Source: Paraphysomonas bandaiensis (Eukaryota > Protista > Chrysophyceae). Taken from it: DNA of 64,000 nt. Location: positions 9,227-73,226 of the forward strand of contig CBFFRP010000014.1 of the NCBI GenBank assembly GCA_965644295.1, in the 5' to 3' direction. Shown here in pieces: positions 1 through 14,859 of this stretch. Position 1 is the stretch's first letter. The number at the start of each line of letters is the position of its first letter. The position numbers and the translations under genes were made by a program. Under the pieces are notes generated by a model. That model was not told the DNA's origin. It searched no databases and worked only from the letters and a program-made list of their open reading frames with translations.

Positions 1-18
1 CTCTAACGTGTATTGCAG

Positions 19-965
19 GCCCGTGACTTTCAAAGTGGACGAAAAGTCTCTCGAGAATAAATACAAAGAGTTTCAGAAAGTGACTCATCCTGATAAATTT
101 TCAATGGCTTCAGAGGTGCGCTTGTTGTGTTATGTATATTCACACCTTTAGTAGTGTCAGATAGATAATTTTACTTACAGATAGAGAAGGAGGCGTCATC
201 GGTGTCATCCAGTACAATCAATCAAGCATACCAGGTAGACAAATAATACACAGTGTATATACGATTCACATTCGATGTATATTCCTTCAGGCTCTTCGAT
301 GCCCCGTGGATAGGGCAAAATATATGGTAAGTGCGCATTGTGATATGTTGTATGAGTTCAACTGATGTGTGATATACCGGGTATGCCCGGGAGTGTGCTA
401 TTTCAAGTTTTTAATGAGCGATCGTTTCTACTGTAGCTATCACTGCATGGAGTGAATGCCCTTGAAGAGGATTCTTCGTTTGAGGACCCTGCTCTTATGG
501 TAACCACACTTTAATCGTTGAATATAACCTCAGCTTCATTGTTTTATTTTCGACAGTACTTTTTATTTTAATGGCGTACTGTATGACTGTATAGAGGTAT
601 TTGTGACATCACATGTGCTTGCAGATGGAGATGTTTGAGCTACGGGAGCGTATTGATAACATTGACCATAGTTCGCCTCGAGAGGCAGAAGGACTTCTGA
701 ATGAATTGAGCGACGACATGAATCAGTTATGTGATGAAATTGAGGTATATGTGGAGAATCCGATGTACAAATCACTGAATGGCACTCTGTAGGAATCTTT
801 TCAAGCTGAGAATTTAAAGGCATCCACTCGTGCTGCCGTAAAGTTAAAGTATATTTCCAAGGTATTCTGCTTGTCCAACTGTCACTTTTTTTGCGCAGAT
901 CGTCTAAGCACTCTTTGCAGGCCATGGATGAACTTAGGAGGGTGATAGAGAAAGCGTCGTCGTAG
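19..965 (+). CDS. HSCB: Fe-S cluster co-chaperone HscB/HSC20 (J-domain), 3' part; multi-exon, 5' end lies outside the window
   Basis: Hand-spliced GT-AG exons 19-114, 181-234, 291-326, 437-499, 625-744, 793-861 and 921-965 give PVTFKVDEKSLENKYKEFQKVTHPDKF...STINQAYQALRCPVDRAKYMLSLHG...DPALMMEMFELRE...AVKLKYISKAMDEL. This contains the J-domain HPD motif and HscB-type C-terminal motifs. Missed by the ORF track. Confidence 0.9.
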
Positions 966-1411
966 TCATATAACCATCGTATTTGCGCATCGTGGTCAAT
1001 ATAGAAATTACCATAGTGGTCGTATTATATTTTGCTTATCTGGTGCCATCGAGATCTTTCATCGTCATCAGATTTTTTGGTATTGGCAAACTGATAGTTA
1101 CGTAGTGTTGCGAGTACTAGTTCGTGTTTTGTGGTAAACGATGCAATTGAACATATTATGTGGAGGGATTAGCGGTACTCGTACTTGTAATCAGCGTACG
1201 GATATATATTCTTGCTTCACACCTCCCAAGTTTCATACGCTACTATTTTGTAATAATTATTTTTAAAACCAACTAATTTATTTGAAATCCTATTACTTGT
1301 TCATAACTGAGTACTATGAGTATATAAATGTATTTACCTCAAGTAGAATAGGCGTACATAGTTGTCATTGAATTGTATATAATAATTAGCGTTAAAACAG
1401 GGATAGGGAAA

Positions 1412-1501
1412 AATATATTGCAATACTATTGTTAGATAGCGTTCCGTCAATAGTATTGATGGAGTTTTTAAACCAGCCCAACAATACTATTGCAATATAT
1501 T
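1412..1501. repeat. 22-bp inverted repeat, possible MITE relic
   Basis: aatatattgcaatactattgtt (1412-1433) pairs with aacaatactattgcaatatatt (1480-1501) with one mismatch. No TSD seen. Confidence 0.5.
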
Positions 1502-1828
1502 GTACAATATATTATATATTGCTACCGAATCATGCAGTAGTACATGCGTACGTGAAATGAGGAAGAAAAGACATTAGCGTAGGTCAGACAGTAGAGCGCA
1601 ATATCTACAGAGATGAAACTTATAAAATAAGTACATTTAGATTACTAGACTAAATCTGGCCTAACATTTCATATTAACTTACATAGCAATATTGACTATA
1701 CACGTTCGTCGCATTACACTACCATATTTTATTGTCGTGTATACATTTATCACTAAATAACGTTTCCTACTGCGTGTTCACATCACACAATAACACATTG
1801 CTAAAAACAAATACTATACCACAAAGAT

Positions 1829-4800
1829 TTAATACAGCCCCAACTCCTTTTGCCTGGATCGTATACTTTCAACTGTTGCGAGGCTTTTAGTGTCTAGAGC
1901 TTCGTATTCGTACTCCTCATCCTGCGACCAGCGATGTGGCGCACTTACTGTGTCAAATGGCGATTTCTGATACCTCCTATCCCAATCCATATCGGAGAGT
2001 GGCCGCTTAGGTTTATTCTTAATAGAATCCAAAGCTTCCACACTTTTCTTTCCGTCCTTTGGCGAACGTTGAGTCACAACACGGTCAACTTCAGTATCAC
2101 AACAGCCATACACAGTTGATCGTACGGACAATTTCTCCGGAGGAGGTATTTTAACTTTTCGTGTCCGCTTCGTCGTTTTCGATTGACGAGTTCGATGGGT
2201 ATTGGTATTGTGCTCTGACGTATGTTCAATATTATTGGACGGGCCAGAAGCAGCCTTCATCATGGCTCGAGTGGACGATTCTGGAGCAGTTGAGCGCATA
2301 ATCTCATCTGTAGTTTGGTTATGGCTTGGATGAGATTGCACATTTTCTGTCGACTTGCTACGTTTGATTGGAGCTGTATCGTCATTCGGAGTATCTTGGT
2401 CGTCATTAAAACATAAAAGGAACAACTTATCCGGATCACGAGACTGTTTCGACGATTTATTGAATGGTGAGTTTGTTACTCCTTCCTCCATCCAGTTGCA
2501 ACTCGTATTGCTCTCAAGGCTTTCCGATCGCAAATTTCTTCGCTGTGACGTGCCGTTGTTCGTCGCATAATCTCCATGGACCGACCTCATGTTAATATCA
2601 GGTAATTCAGGACGACTTGTAGACTTATAGTAGGCAGGTTTGAAGTCGACATCTCCAACAGCTGACTTGGCTGCCACAAAATTTTTCGATGGGCAACTAC
2701 CAAACAACAGCTCGTCTATATTTTTGCTGAGTTGACCGCCGTCAATGTCGCCGTTCTCGGTGCCCTCATTATCAGGTTTCGCAACGGAAGCCGATTTGAT
2801 GGACTTAACGCCACGATATCCTCCAAATGCGGCATCAGATATGTCGGAGGTAGGGCTTTGGATGTGTGTATTGGATTCGGATATCGGTCTGCTGGAATTA
2901 GATGAGGGTGTCATAAACCGTTTATAACCCATAAATGCTTCTTTACTGAATCCCCATGGATCCATCAGTCGCCGTTGCTCTTTAGCACGAGACAACTGAC
3001 GTTTCAAATCCTCCTCTCTTGCTTTCAGCTCATCTATTTCGCTTTGCAGGGCATATTTTTCGTCATCGAATGACTTCATCTTATCGAGTGCTCTCTGTAA
3101 TTGTGCCTCACGAGAAGCTGCGTCTACTTCATACCCTTCAATGCTATGGGACAAGAACGATATTTCTGATGATTTCTTATCGCTTTCAGTCGTTAAGTCG
3201 GCAATTTCTGATTGCATACGTTCTGCTTTAAAGGTAAGATCCCCCACCTCAGCTTTCAGACGTTCCACTAAACTATTGGCAGTGCCAAGATTTTCCTGCA
3301 GAGTTGTCAGGTCTCCAGACTTCCGCGAGGCATCGGCTTTCAAATCGTCATATCGACGTTGCAAATCCATTAGTCTCGACTCTATCCCTTCTTTGTCCCC
3401 ACTGTTTTGTTTCAATGTATCTCTGAGCTCCTCGAGGTCATAGTTTAATCCTGCATTCGCTTCACTTAACGTTTGATTCTTCTCACTTTCAGTGTAAAGT
3501 TCCTCTTCAAGATGACTAATTTTATCTTCGCAATTCTGCAATTCCGATCTATGTTCCCGACATTTCTGTTCTAGACTTTCTATAGCTGCTTCTAATTCAT
3601 GTATTCTTGATTTACAGCCAACAAGCTCCTCCGACATACCCTTGTTCTCACTTTCTGCAATACCTAACTTGGCCTCCGCATCTTGAAGAAGTGACCTTTC
3701 CTTGGAAAGGTCCAATGAGACCGCACTAAACTGTTCTTGAAGGTTGGAAACGCTTGCTGATAGCTCTAACTTATCAGCCAAATCTGATTCTAATTTAGAA
3801 TTCTTCTCGTGAGAAGCCTTTAACTCAATCTCCACAGAACTTAAGGCAGCAGACACGCGCTCCGATTTTTCCTCCGCACTACTTAAATTCTCTTTCAAAA
3901 CCACAATTTTTTCCTCCAGCATAGCCTGATATTCTTTCAGAGACTTTTTTGATGTCTCTTCGTCAGCCAAGCGACCCTCTAGAGCTACTACATTATCACG
4001 AGATGAAGATAAATCGTTCTCTAATCCCTCCTTCTGAGAAGATAACAGAGTGATGCTTTCTTTGAGCTTCATCAGCTCGTCTTCACTACCCTCGGTATCA
4101 AGCGATAAACGGCTCTCTAAGGCTTGAAGTTTTGATTCCATTACAGAGACGTCATCTCGAAGTGCTTGAATTACAGACACGGCCAGAGTAACTTCTGCTC
4201 TGAGCTGGGTGTCAATATTGTCACTTGACACTTCATCCAACTTGTTGGAAGTTTTATGATCAGTACTTTCAGATACGAGTACTCCGTGAAGGCGTACAAT
4301 CTCCTCACGGAGTGACATTCTCAGATCGTCGTCTGCATGTGCACTTGCAGGGGAGATACCTGCGGTTGTGCTCCTCAATCTATCCACCTCTGCTTCCAGC
4401 CTTGACTTTTCATCCCTCATAGTTTCAAGATCACTTGTAGCTACGCTTAAAGCTTTGGCTTGCTCAGCTGCACGTGATTCAGCTTCACGATATTTTTCTT
4501 CATAACTACCAATTTGTTTCATAGCAGTTGCAGACACATCGAACATACCGTTTAGAGCATTCGAATCCAATGACTGTGATGCCTCGAGCTGTTCGTTGAG
4601 CTGAGAAATCTTTTCCAACAGGGCTGACTTCTCCGTATCTACAGCTGCATCAGCATCAGCACGGAGTCGAGCTAGCTCGCCAGCAAGTTTTTCTTTTTCC
4701 TCATTTGACGACGATAAGTTCTCTTTAGCGCTTTGGAGGGCAGCAACACTGTCTTTCAACTGAGTTTCCATGGCTACTAGCTTCTGCTGCAGAGAAAGTA

Positions 4801-7800
4801 CACCTTCACCTGGAGCACTTTTCTGGTCAGCAATGTCACTACTATGCACCCCATCCATATTTTTCGCACCACCTTCTTTAGTCGCGTCTTTTAGCGCATT
4901 CTTCAAAGCTTGTAATTCTAAGTCTTGATTGTGAATTTGCTCCTCCAAACAAGAAACCTTAGAGCGAAAGTCGGTGGCAATTGATTCTGATGTGTCAACT
5001 TTCTGCCGCAATGTCTCGATCAGCGTGTCATTCTCGGATTGACTTTTCTTGTGTTCCTCTCGAACCTCGGTCAGCTTATCTTCAGCTTGCTGCAACTCAA
5101 TGGCACCCTGACGAACTTTGGACTCTAAGTCCTCCATAATAGCCTCATAGCTGCCAACTCGTTTCATAGCAGAGGCTGAAATCTCCAGCAAATCGTGCAT
5201 ACTATCCCGTTCACTCAATGGGTCATTGGCAATACTAACCAGCTGTGACTTCGTTGTATGTCCTCGCAACTTAGCTAAATCATTTTTAAGTTCATTATTT
5301 TCTTGCTGGGACATCCTTAGTCTTCTCTCGGCTTCTTGAAGGGCGTCACTGGTCTTCTGCGCCCCATTTTCCTCCTCTTTCAAGTTTTCCTCGAGAAGAC
5401 CCTTCGAACTGGAACTAAGTTTTCTTTTCAAACGCGCAATCTCCTCCATGAGAATATATGGATCGCTTTCCTCGTCAATATTTCGGTCGATAGAATTTGG
5501 GGACACATTAGAACCAGATTGGGCTTCAGAAGTAGCTTTCTCAGTAGCTTTCAAAGTCGCTTCCAACTTCATTTTTTCTTCTTTGATGTCTCTGAGCTGT
5601 TGTTCAGCGTTCTCTAGAGCAGTTGTGAGTTCCGCTTCTCGAAGGCCTGAATTACACAGGGCTTGTTGAGAATCCGCTAGTGCTGACTCCCCATTCTCCA
5701 CAGCTTTCTCCAACTCATGAATTCTCGCTTCATAAGTATTTGTATCGACAGACACCACAGATGCTAGCTTTCTGCGCAGGCGTGCATTTTCCGCCATAAG
5801 TTCATATCTCTCCACATCATCGTGGTCATCACCAGAGGGCGTTGCCACTACAGTTCCAGGAGTTGAGACACTACTCGACGCCTTCAGGATATTCAGCTCA
5901 TTTCGTGCTTGTTCAAGTTCTTCGGTCAATCTGGCATATTCATCATCAGTTTTCTGTATCTTTTGTTCAGCTTCCTGTAAATTCTTCGCACTTCGAGATA
6001 ATTGTGTCTCCAACTCACTTATATTTCCCGAAAGCTTAGAATTTTCAGCACTTCGTGCGAGCTCCTCCTTAAGTCTCGCATTCTCTTGTTGAGATTTTTC
6101 CAATACTATTCGAACATCTTCTGCTGGCAGTTCTGATTGCGGAGACTCACCCTCCACAACACCCCCCTCGTCATTGAAGTCCTTTTGAGTAGAATTACCA
6201 GTATTTAGTATACCATTCACTCTTTGAAGCTCAGATTCTAGGTATATTTTTGCCTGCTGGGCAGTGTGAAGCTCGTTAGTCATGGTCGACAGAGCAGCCT
6301 CTCTCTCAGTTTCCAGGTTTTTGTATGCCTTATTTTCATCAATTGCTATATCATACTGCCCTTGTAGCTGCGTCATTGCGGCCTTCAGCTCTGCAATCTG
6401 AGACATAAGGTCTTTAACACTGTCTACTCCGTCAATAATATCACTGCTCGCTGAGATTTCAGTATCTGAACTGGACTTCTTCACTGTTTCTTGGAGGAAC
6501 TGAATCGTCTCTTCCTGCTCACTGCACTTCTTCTGCAGTGCTTCAATCTCTGCATCTTTCTCCTGAATGCTAATTTCCAAGTCCACAACCTCTTGCTCGA
6601 GGCTATCCAAAGAGTCTGCGTATATATCTTCCTGCCCATCGTAATCTGAGCCTAGTTCTTCATCACCACGCATAACACTATTCACATATTGACGACCCCG
6701 TTCAAATTTCACTATCCATGGGTGATACGCGTTGAATTCTAGCTTCTTTAATTCGTCGATAGCAATATTGATATGTTGCAATCCTGCAGTCATTGTGTGA
6801 TTCTCCATAATCATTATTAAACCTAGATTCCCCTCAGCGTTTATTGTGCGGGGGTGCGTAGGCCCCAAAGCTGCAGTGAACACATCACGAGCACGGAGTC
6901 CAAATGTTTTCGCGGCAGGTATATCGTCCATGGCCCGACACAACGTACACAAATTGTTCAAAGACTCCGCAACAAGAACATGATCTTGACCTAAGCATTC
7001 TATACGTGTCGTGTGAGCATCCTCAAGGTACTTTTTGGCCTCATCAAACTGTGCTTCGATTGTAAGCAGCAAGCCGATGCTGTTGCATATCGATGCGTAC
7101 GCTAAACTTTTCACACCCTCACATCGGCCGGATATATAGCAGCAGTCAATGAGTTCTGTACGAGATACGAGAAGCAACCGGCTGTCTCCTCTACGAAAAT
7201 CTATACAGAAGTCCCTGAGTCCTTGCTTGGATTGCACAACCACCGGGTGCTCGTCACCAAAAAATGAAATACGGTCTTTCAGATTCTTCTCATAAATGGA
7301 CAAGAGCATGGTCAGGTTATCACCACGCTCACGCATGTTTTCGGCTTGACAGTGAATAACTTCACACACCGCCGGGTGACGCTCACCATACATTTGCTTG
7401 CGCAGAGTTAGAGCCTGCTCGTACAAACCTGCAGCCTCAGTGTGTTGCCCAAGGGTACGTAACAGTTCTGCTTTTCCCAGAAAGAATGTCGACCTAGCGG
7501 GAAGGTCCGTATTAATGGATAAGCCATTACCCTCATCTTTTATTGCGGCAGATGTCGCGTCGTAACGCTGTTGAAACAAGGCCTCGAGTGTATCGTAGTA
7601 CCCTTTGCTGTCCAAATAAGATCCAGTCACCAAAAGGTATGATGCCAAACCAAGCATTGTTTTGAAGTACTCTGGGTGGTATTTTCCCAGTGCACGTTCT
7701 TGTATAGTCAGCGCCTCTCTGTACAATTTAGAAGCCTCTTTGTAGCTACCTAACACCGCGTGACTGTCTGCAGCACTGCAGGAACTCCGGGATGACATAA

Positions 7801-10041
7801 TGCTGAACTGACCAAACATGCGTTTGCTTGAGGACGAAGCTTTTCGAAAAAATTTATCCGCTTGTCGATACTGTCCTGCGGCATGTACAGCACATCCATT
7901 TATGTAGAGTCCATAAGAAATACTCGGGTGAAGTTCGGAAAATATTTTTTCATTAATTTCTAATGCTTGCTGTGCACATGCTCTTGCCGATTGGTGTTTC
8001 CCGTTCTCAATATCAATTTCGCATTTGAGCCCCAGGCTGGAAGCAATCTTCGGGTGACTGTCATTCAGAAAAATTCTCTTGTACATCATTAACGCTTTAT
8101 TATTTTCTGCCTCGGCTTCAACCAGTTGCCCAACGTCCTTAAGAATCTTCCCTCGAAGCAAATGTGAATCCGCCACAGGAAGTGATTGCTCTTCGAGGTA
8201 CTCAAGACGAAGTTTCAGTCCTCTGGCCTGCTTATCCAGAGCCTTGTCATAAGAACTCATTCGCCTATGCAACTCAGCAAAATCAGACAGTATCTGAGCC
8301 ATAAGAAGTGCGTTGAACTTTTCGTCAGCAAATTCGTCCGTAACATTAGCAGCTAGCGCAGCTTTCATAGTTTCGTTGGCCTGCAGATAGAAATTTGACA
8401 TAGAATATAACTGCTAAACACGACGCTTACTTTGGTGAAGAGGGCTTTAGCTTCAGTGTGCTTTTCGCTGTCCATGGCACAGACAGCGAGAGCATTAATC
8501 AAACGAGCTACAAGGGGGTGGTCGTTTCCGAGACATGTAGAGCGTATCTTCAAGAGCACTTCATATAGCTCAAGTGCCTCATTGGCGTCCCCTTTCAAGC
8601 GTAAATTTTCCGCCTGAGCAAATGTGATCTCACACATCAGGGGGTCGTTCTCGTCGTACAGGCTTAATGCATCATCCATACAGCTCTTAAACAGATCCTT
8701 TGCCTCTTTGTACTTGGCGTGGTTGGAAAGGTGTAGAGCATTGTGATACTTAGTTTGCCAATTTAAGCGGCACATCGACGCAGTAACCTGACTTTCCTTG
8801 GCAAACCCGTTCTGCTCCATGACTTTCTCAAATAAATCCAGTGCCTCGTCATACTCCCCGTTTTTCGACAGTTTCTCGGCTTCAAATAAAAGCAATTCAT
8901 TCCGAAACTTTACTATCCATGGGTGGTCGTCTTTAAAGTCTTTTTCCTCCAGTATGCGTACAGCACTGCTGATGAGATCTAGTCCTACTTGCGTACCTAC
9001 ACGAGCCTGAAGACTCAGTGTTATCCCCATGTTCCCACGAGCATTCACCACACTCGGATGGTCTGGGCCCAGTGCACTCTCGAAAGTTGCAATCGCCGAC
9101 TCATGGAACATAATGGCCTGTCCATAACTTCCTTTGTCGCGAAACAACTCGGCGAGGTTGTTAAGACTTCCTGCAACGACAGCACCTTTGCTACATAGTT
9201 TTTCTCGCCGGATAGTCAGTCCTTCCATCAGCAATTCTTCTGCAGTGTTGAATTTCCCCATGGAACGATGCACCAAACCCAAATTATTGAGAGACTCTGC
9301 TAAGAGTAGGGGATCCAGATCACCCGTGGAAACCAAATCCCGTCGAATTGCAACTGCAGAATCATGGGCGACTTCAGCGTTGACGAAATCCTTTTGCCCC
9401 CGCAACATCTCACCATAACTGTTCATATACTTGGACGGTCGAGGATCCTCTCGATTAAAATGATCCTTGGTGAACCGGATCATAAAGCGGAATATCAATT
9501 CCGCAATATCATATTCCCCTATGGTCGAATTATACAGAGAAATGTCATACAGCGCATCAAAAACATGATATTTTTCTGTGTCATCTGATTTGTTGGACTC
9601 TATCATACTTATCCAGGAGGTCAACTTTGCCGTTAATTCTTTTCTCTCAACCTTTTGGTATATTTGAACGAGAAATTTTAGAATATCACGAGCCCTTTCA
9701 GAATAACGTTTGACATTGCTGCACTCCTTCACTAAAGCCTCAACACACTTCTTCTCCGCAGCACCTGTATTTCCATTCTCCAACATAGCTTTTCCATAAA
9801 AATACAGGCAGTCGACTTCACAGGGGATGGTCTCTTCTGGGAGCAGAGCGATAACATCCAGCGCCTTCTGGAAGCTATCAATTGCATCTTCAGGCTCATT
9901 GTGCTTTAGCAACAATTCTCCCATACTGCAGTGCACCTGGGCTGAGGCTGGGGATGTGCGCTTATTGTGCGCTGTCAGGTGTCTCAACTCACTCGTAAGT
10001 CTCTCGATTTCGGCATCGAAATCAGACGTATTTCCTTCCAT
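1829..10041 (-). CDS. Giant TPR-repeat (kinesin light chain/NPHP3-like TPR_12) plus long coiled-coil protein, about 2720 aa
   Basis: ORFs 8365-10041 and 1829-8401 are joined in frame by a 50-nt GT-AG intron at 8381-8430. Repeated LG.DHP.VA.SLNNL motifs are followed by more than 1200 aa of heptad-rich sequence and a disordered tail. Confidence 0.9.
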
Positions 10042-10727
10042 CCCAGTCCTTGACCTCGCCCGAGAGCCTATTTATAACATGATCAGTATGGATACGAGCA
10101 CAGAGGTATATAAATATGATATATGGATTATATGGTCGCCGCCCTTTACTTTACTATACCACTACGCGTAAAGTTACTCAATGAGAAACCACTCTGCTGA
10201 CATGTATGTACAGCAGTACCATCCCACACCCTGCAGGACATGTACAATAAACTACAGTGTATTGCACACCATATACGCTGTACGTAGTCTTTACCAAAAA
10301 AAACTTTGTACTAAAATCCCTGGTTTTTCGAAAAACCTACACCACCAACATTGTATGTATAGTTCGTACGGCAAACTACCGTACTGCAATAGATACACCA
10401 ACCGTTACGCTTTTTTCATATCGTATCATATAGTGCCTATAGACTGAGGACTACTCCGTCCCGTCTGTCCCAATAACACTGTGAACGTTTTTTGTTCCAT
10501 GTGATGGGACGGGGGGAAGGGACAGGGACACGGGGAATAAGGGTCCAAGGATGGAGTTCGAAGGCTATATCTACAGTACATACTCGTAGCTGTACAGGAG
10601 CGCAGAGAGCATCTATAGAACTATGGCAAAAATATGGTGAATCATGTCACACTGATATGCTCCAGTCAGCACACTCCACTTCATGAGTCGCTAAGTGATC
10701 TGGAAGCACTGTAATCATTGCGTGATA

Positions 10728-12048
10728 ATGGGAAGCGGAGCGTCTTCGCCCTCAACTGTCCGAGAGGATATATCTATCGGTAACATCATAGGCGAGGGAT
10801 CATTTGCAACTGTGAGGAGAGCTGTTTATATTCCCAAATGTACTGAACTCGCTGTTAAAGTCATATGCGTCAAAGACTGCTTATCGAGAAAGGGCAGTTT
10901 AAATATTCTCAAATCAGAGATAACTGCCCTGAAAACTCTTCAATATCACCCTCTTCTATGCAATCTGCACTTCGCCTATCACGATAATGTCAACTGCTAT
11001 ATGGTGATGGACTTACTAGAGGGTGGAGACTTGCGGCATCACATCAATAATTCCTTTCAATTTACAGAGAAATGCATTGCCTTCATCGCAGCATGTATTT
11101 CTTCTGCTCTGCATCACGTTCACTCCCATGGAATTATCCACAGAGGTATAATGTACTGACAGTGTGCTCCCATTGTTATAACACGTATTTCATCTAGATG
11201 TTAAACCAGAAAACATTGTTCTGGATCGCCAAGGTTATCCACGACTCTGTGATTTCGGTATTTCACACACGAGCTCTACTTCCTCCGGGAGTATGGTGTG
11301 CAGTCATTCAAGCGGCACACTGTGTTATCTTGCGCCAGAAATATTAACCTCATCTCAGCGACATAGCACAGAGAGTGATTTCTGGAGTCTTGGAATAGTG
11401 TTGTATGAATTACTGTTTTTGAAACGGCCTTTCAGCAAGCATTGTCCACGCTCCTTTGTACACTTTGTTGGTGAATTGTACGATGAAATTTGGGACTCTA
11501 GTAAATATGTTGGTACCGTGACCACGCACTTATCATATCGTCAGAGCGAAGCATCCATTCCTTTCAGTACACCTGTATCTCTAAATGACACTGCTGATGA
11601 TGTTACATCAGTGGAATCAATGCCTCTACCGCAATCTCTACAAGTAAATCTGCCCTCTGTCTCCGCCTATGGTATAGAAGTATCCCCTGAGTTCAAGTCT
11701 CTTATCCAAGGACTCTTAGATGTACGTGTGCCGCAACGCCTCGGGTCCGGTGCGACATACAACGCTCTGCGGGGTCACTCCTTCTTTGAAAACCTAGGGG
11801 TGCCCTGGGACAGTCTACTAGACGTAAAGTACCCATCTCCTCTGGATATTAATTTGTATTCGATCAGCGCATACGTTGAGCAAAACTTTGCTAAGAAATC
11901 TTCCCAATTCCCATTAATTAAAAGGGAGAAATTTTTCAATCCTCAGGCTGAATTGAATGAGGCTTTACAGCTGTACTCTTACACTGCTCCGCAGTACAAG
12001 TCGCCGAAAGTTGACATTTCAATTAGGAGTACTTTCAGGCTGAGCTAA
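10728..12048 (+). CDS. Ser/Thr protein kinase, AGC-group-like, with N-terminal MG motif
   Basis: GEGSFATV, AVK, HRDVKPEN (split by intron 11146-11197), DFG, GTLCYLAPE and DFWSLG are present. Starts MGSGASS, a myristoylation-type sequence. Confidence 0.92.
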
Positions 12049-12664
12049 ATAATGTGAATATGAAGGACGTGATTGGTGTCGTCAGGCCAGTCGACAATAT
12101 ATGTTTGATGTAGTATTCAGTGACTGACATGCTCAGTAAATTACTTCGATGTCTTTTGTTTCATAAAATTCATGTAGAATTGAACTGGAGAGTTGTGTGC
12201 TGGTTCTCTTTGGTTTTCAGAAGTCGTTTTTATGTTGCCGGCAATTGAGTTCTTCTTGTTGTCACTTTCAGTGAATAGAGTAGCGTAAGTATAGAGTAAA
12301 TAAATATTTCATGTATGTTTTTTTCGTATCGCTGGTGTTATATTAAATACTTTATTGATTAAGCAGAATTGGGTATTGGGAAAGTATACTGAATTTGACC
12401 TTGATGCTCACGTAAACCTAAACCTTGCTCTGTTGTACAAAACCTACTTTCAAGAAAGAAAACGTACTTATATGAAAGTCTGATTATTACAGAAAACTAG
12501 TTTATGTCTATAGACTAGCTAATAACTAGATTTGCTATATACTACTAGTGGCGGGCAACCGTCTCGGGACTGCTTGTGCATCGCTGCGAGCACCATGGTG
12601 CAACCGTCCCTTGAAAGAAAACGTACTTATAATTCATTATCTCAACACTTCACAGTATATTCAT

Positions 12665-13600
12665 CAGGGCTGCGTAACAATTAATTGCTATTTAATTGCA
12701 AGTGCTTTTTTAGCAATTAAATTGCAATTATTAGTTCTAGCTCACGCAATTATAATTGCAATTATTGTCTAATTTAATTAGTTACTCATTACAAGCACGA
12801 ATAGCATCTTCAACTGTAGTTGCATTCCACAGAAGTCTACTAAAGCGCAAGAACATAAAATCCAATCGATGAGGTGTCATAGATTTGAGCAGATCACTCG
12901 TGTTGAGTTTTGCTCTTCGGAAAAGCCTTTCTATACAATTAGTAGTGGAGTAAATATGCTTCAAGCAGCGGTACTTAGTTGGTTTGGTCATGTGTATATA
13001 TAGTTGCTTCTGTGCTTGGTGCGTTTGGTGTCTTCTCGTCAGTGAGGCGACACCATCATCTTCTCTTTCCTCTTCTTCATCAGTTCTGTCCAACAGAAAA
13101 AGTTTGAGCTGTGCATTCTCAGGTGCAACCATCCTGACCTAGGCCAATTGAATTAGGCAACATTTCTTTCACTTTTTCAGCTTCCTGTCCCAAAGCATCC
13201 AGATATTTCATGATTGTGCTGCTTGATATTGGCTTCAGATTAGTATTCTTTCTTGTCAACGCTTTCTCATAATACTCAGGCATTCACAACAACGCTTTCT
13301 TCACAAAAGAAAATCAATGATCGTCTCTATACTTATCCACTCCAACCATCTGAACGCATTAAGAGAGAGGAAGGAGAAACTTTTCTCTCAACATAAGAAT
13401 CCATGTTGTGATCAGCTCCACGTGAAGCTGCCCTGACCTTTTGACATCGCAGCCTTCGTGCTGCTTTGCACGCTGAGCATAGTGAAACATCCTGTTTATT
13501 CTGTCACTGATACGATTTTTGACATTATCTGCATTCCCATTTCTGACGGCCATTATCAAAGTCCTTGAGTTGGGTAGAAACACCCTTGAAGTTGATTATA
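12665..13600 (-). mobile_element. Decayed hAT transposon fragment
   Basis: Terminus CAGGGCTGCGTAACAATTAATTGC at 12665 resembles the ends of the copies at 43479 and 47357. Encodes YRCLKHIYSTTNCIERLFRRAKL...MTPHRLDFMFLR, a hAT C-terminal dimerization-like motif. The frame is broken. Confidence 0.75.
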
Positions 13601-14859
13601 TTCATGTGACAACATATATTCGCAGTAACATCTGTTTATCATAATATATGTTCACCAGTCACTCCTGTATCGTATATATTATAGTCAAACGTCAGTAATT
13701 AAATTTACTTCACCCGTTACACCCTTTAGTAAATTTTACCTATTTCACACTGTTAACTCACATCAACGGGATCTATTATCGAACCTAGTCACACCAAAAT
13801 TGGTGTAAAAAACTTGTCAAGCAGTGGTTGGAAAATCTAGTCGCCTAATAATTTTCAGTTTACAAATGACTAGGTTTTTCAACCAATTTGACTGGGTTAA
13901 ATAATATTACTCCACTTCAGTTGCACAATACGTTATGCCGCATCATACTGCAGAAGTCTTCGAAAATGACTTTTCGGCTTTAGTACCGTAAATGCGACGT
14001 ATGGGTTAGAACTATTATGGGGATGTCCAACTTTCCCGTGTGTTGATTACATGAGCGAACACACCACGTTTTGCTCTGAGTTCATAAGAACTTCCTCTGG
14101 AGTCTATATACTTGCAGGCGTTTTGTTATGATCGTATTGACTTCGGTAAAGGGATTAATCAATGAACCTACTCTAGTTACACCAAACACCTAGTCAAGGA
14201 GTTGATAATCTAGTCATTAAATAATGAATAATTCATATTTTTAGTTTACAATGACTACGTTGACTAGATGTTCACGGTACTCACCTAATAATCAATTAAT
14301 GAATGCAGACAATAAAGTATTTATTACTACAACAAATTCTTTACACCAGAACTAGTGTGACTATGTGATTGATTCTTGCAACCGTTTCTTGCTGTTATAC
14401 TATTAGTTTTTATTTTTATTATGACCAGCAATAAATAAATCTTCATTGTAGTGCAACTGAAATATATGGACTGCTTAAGATTGTGTCTATCATTGGTATT
14501 GATATTGATTGATAGTTGAGATGATAATATAATTGTACCCAACATCAATTGAATGATGAGACATATATGTTGATTATAATTTACTACTTGATTACTGTGT
14601 GAGTTCAAGTTCAGTTACTTAAGTTCTTTCATCATTCAAAAATGTCAAACGTTGACATCATGATTACCAACTGTTGGCATATATGATGTCACAAAAACTG
14701 AAACACTGACGTACTAATCTGTTGTTGTAAATTTATTGATTATTATGTAGCAGATTCACAAGAAACACAGTTCTTCCACCACAGCTTCAACAACAAATAC
14801 TCGTACATTCAGTACATTTCGTTCCAAAATTGCAGCTCCCGATCCATTTCTAGCACACT

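Noticed and set aside
10455-10535. gtccc/gggac inverted motifs in the divergent promoter
   Set aside because: Short and imperfect; cannot be distinguished from chance.
13780-14275. Recurring ctagtc/gactag motifs with a loose duplication of about 380 bp
   Set aside because: Too degenerate to define ends or TSDs.
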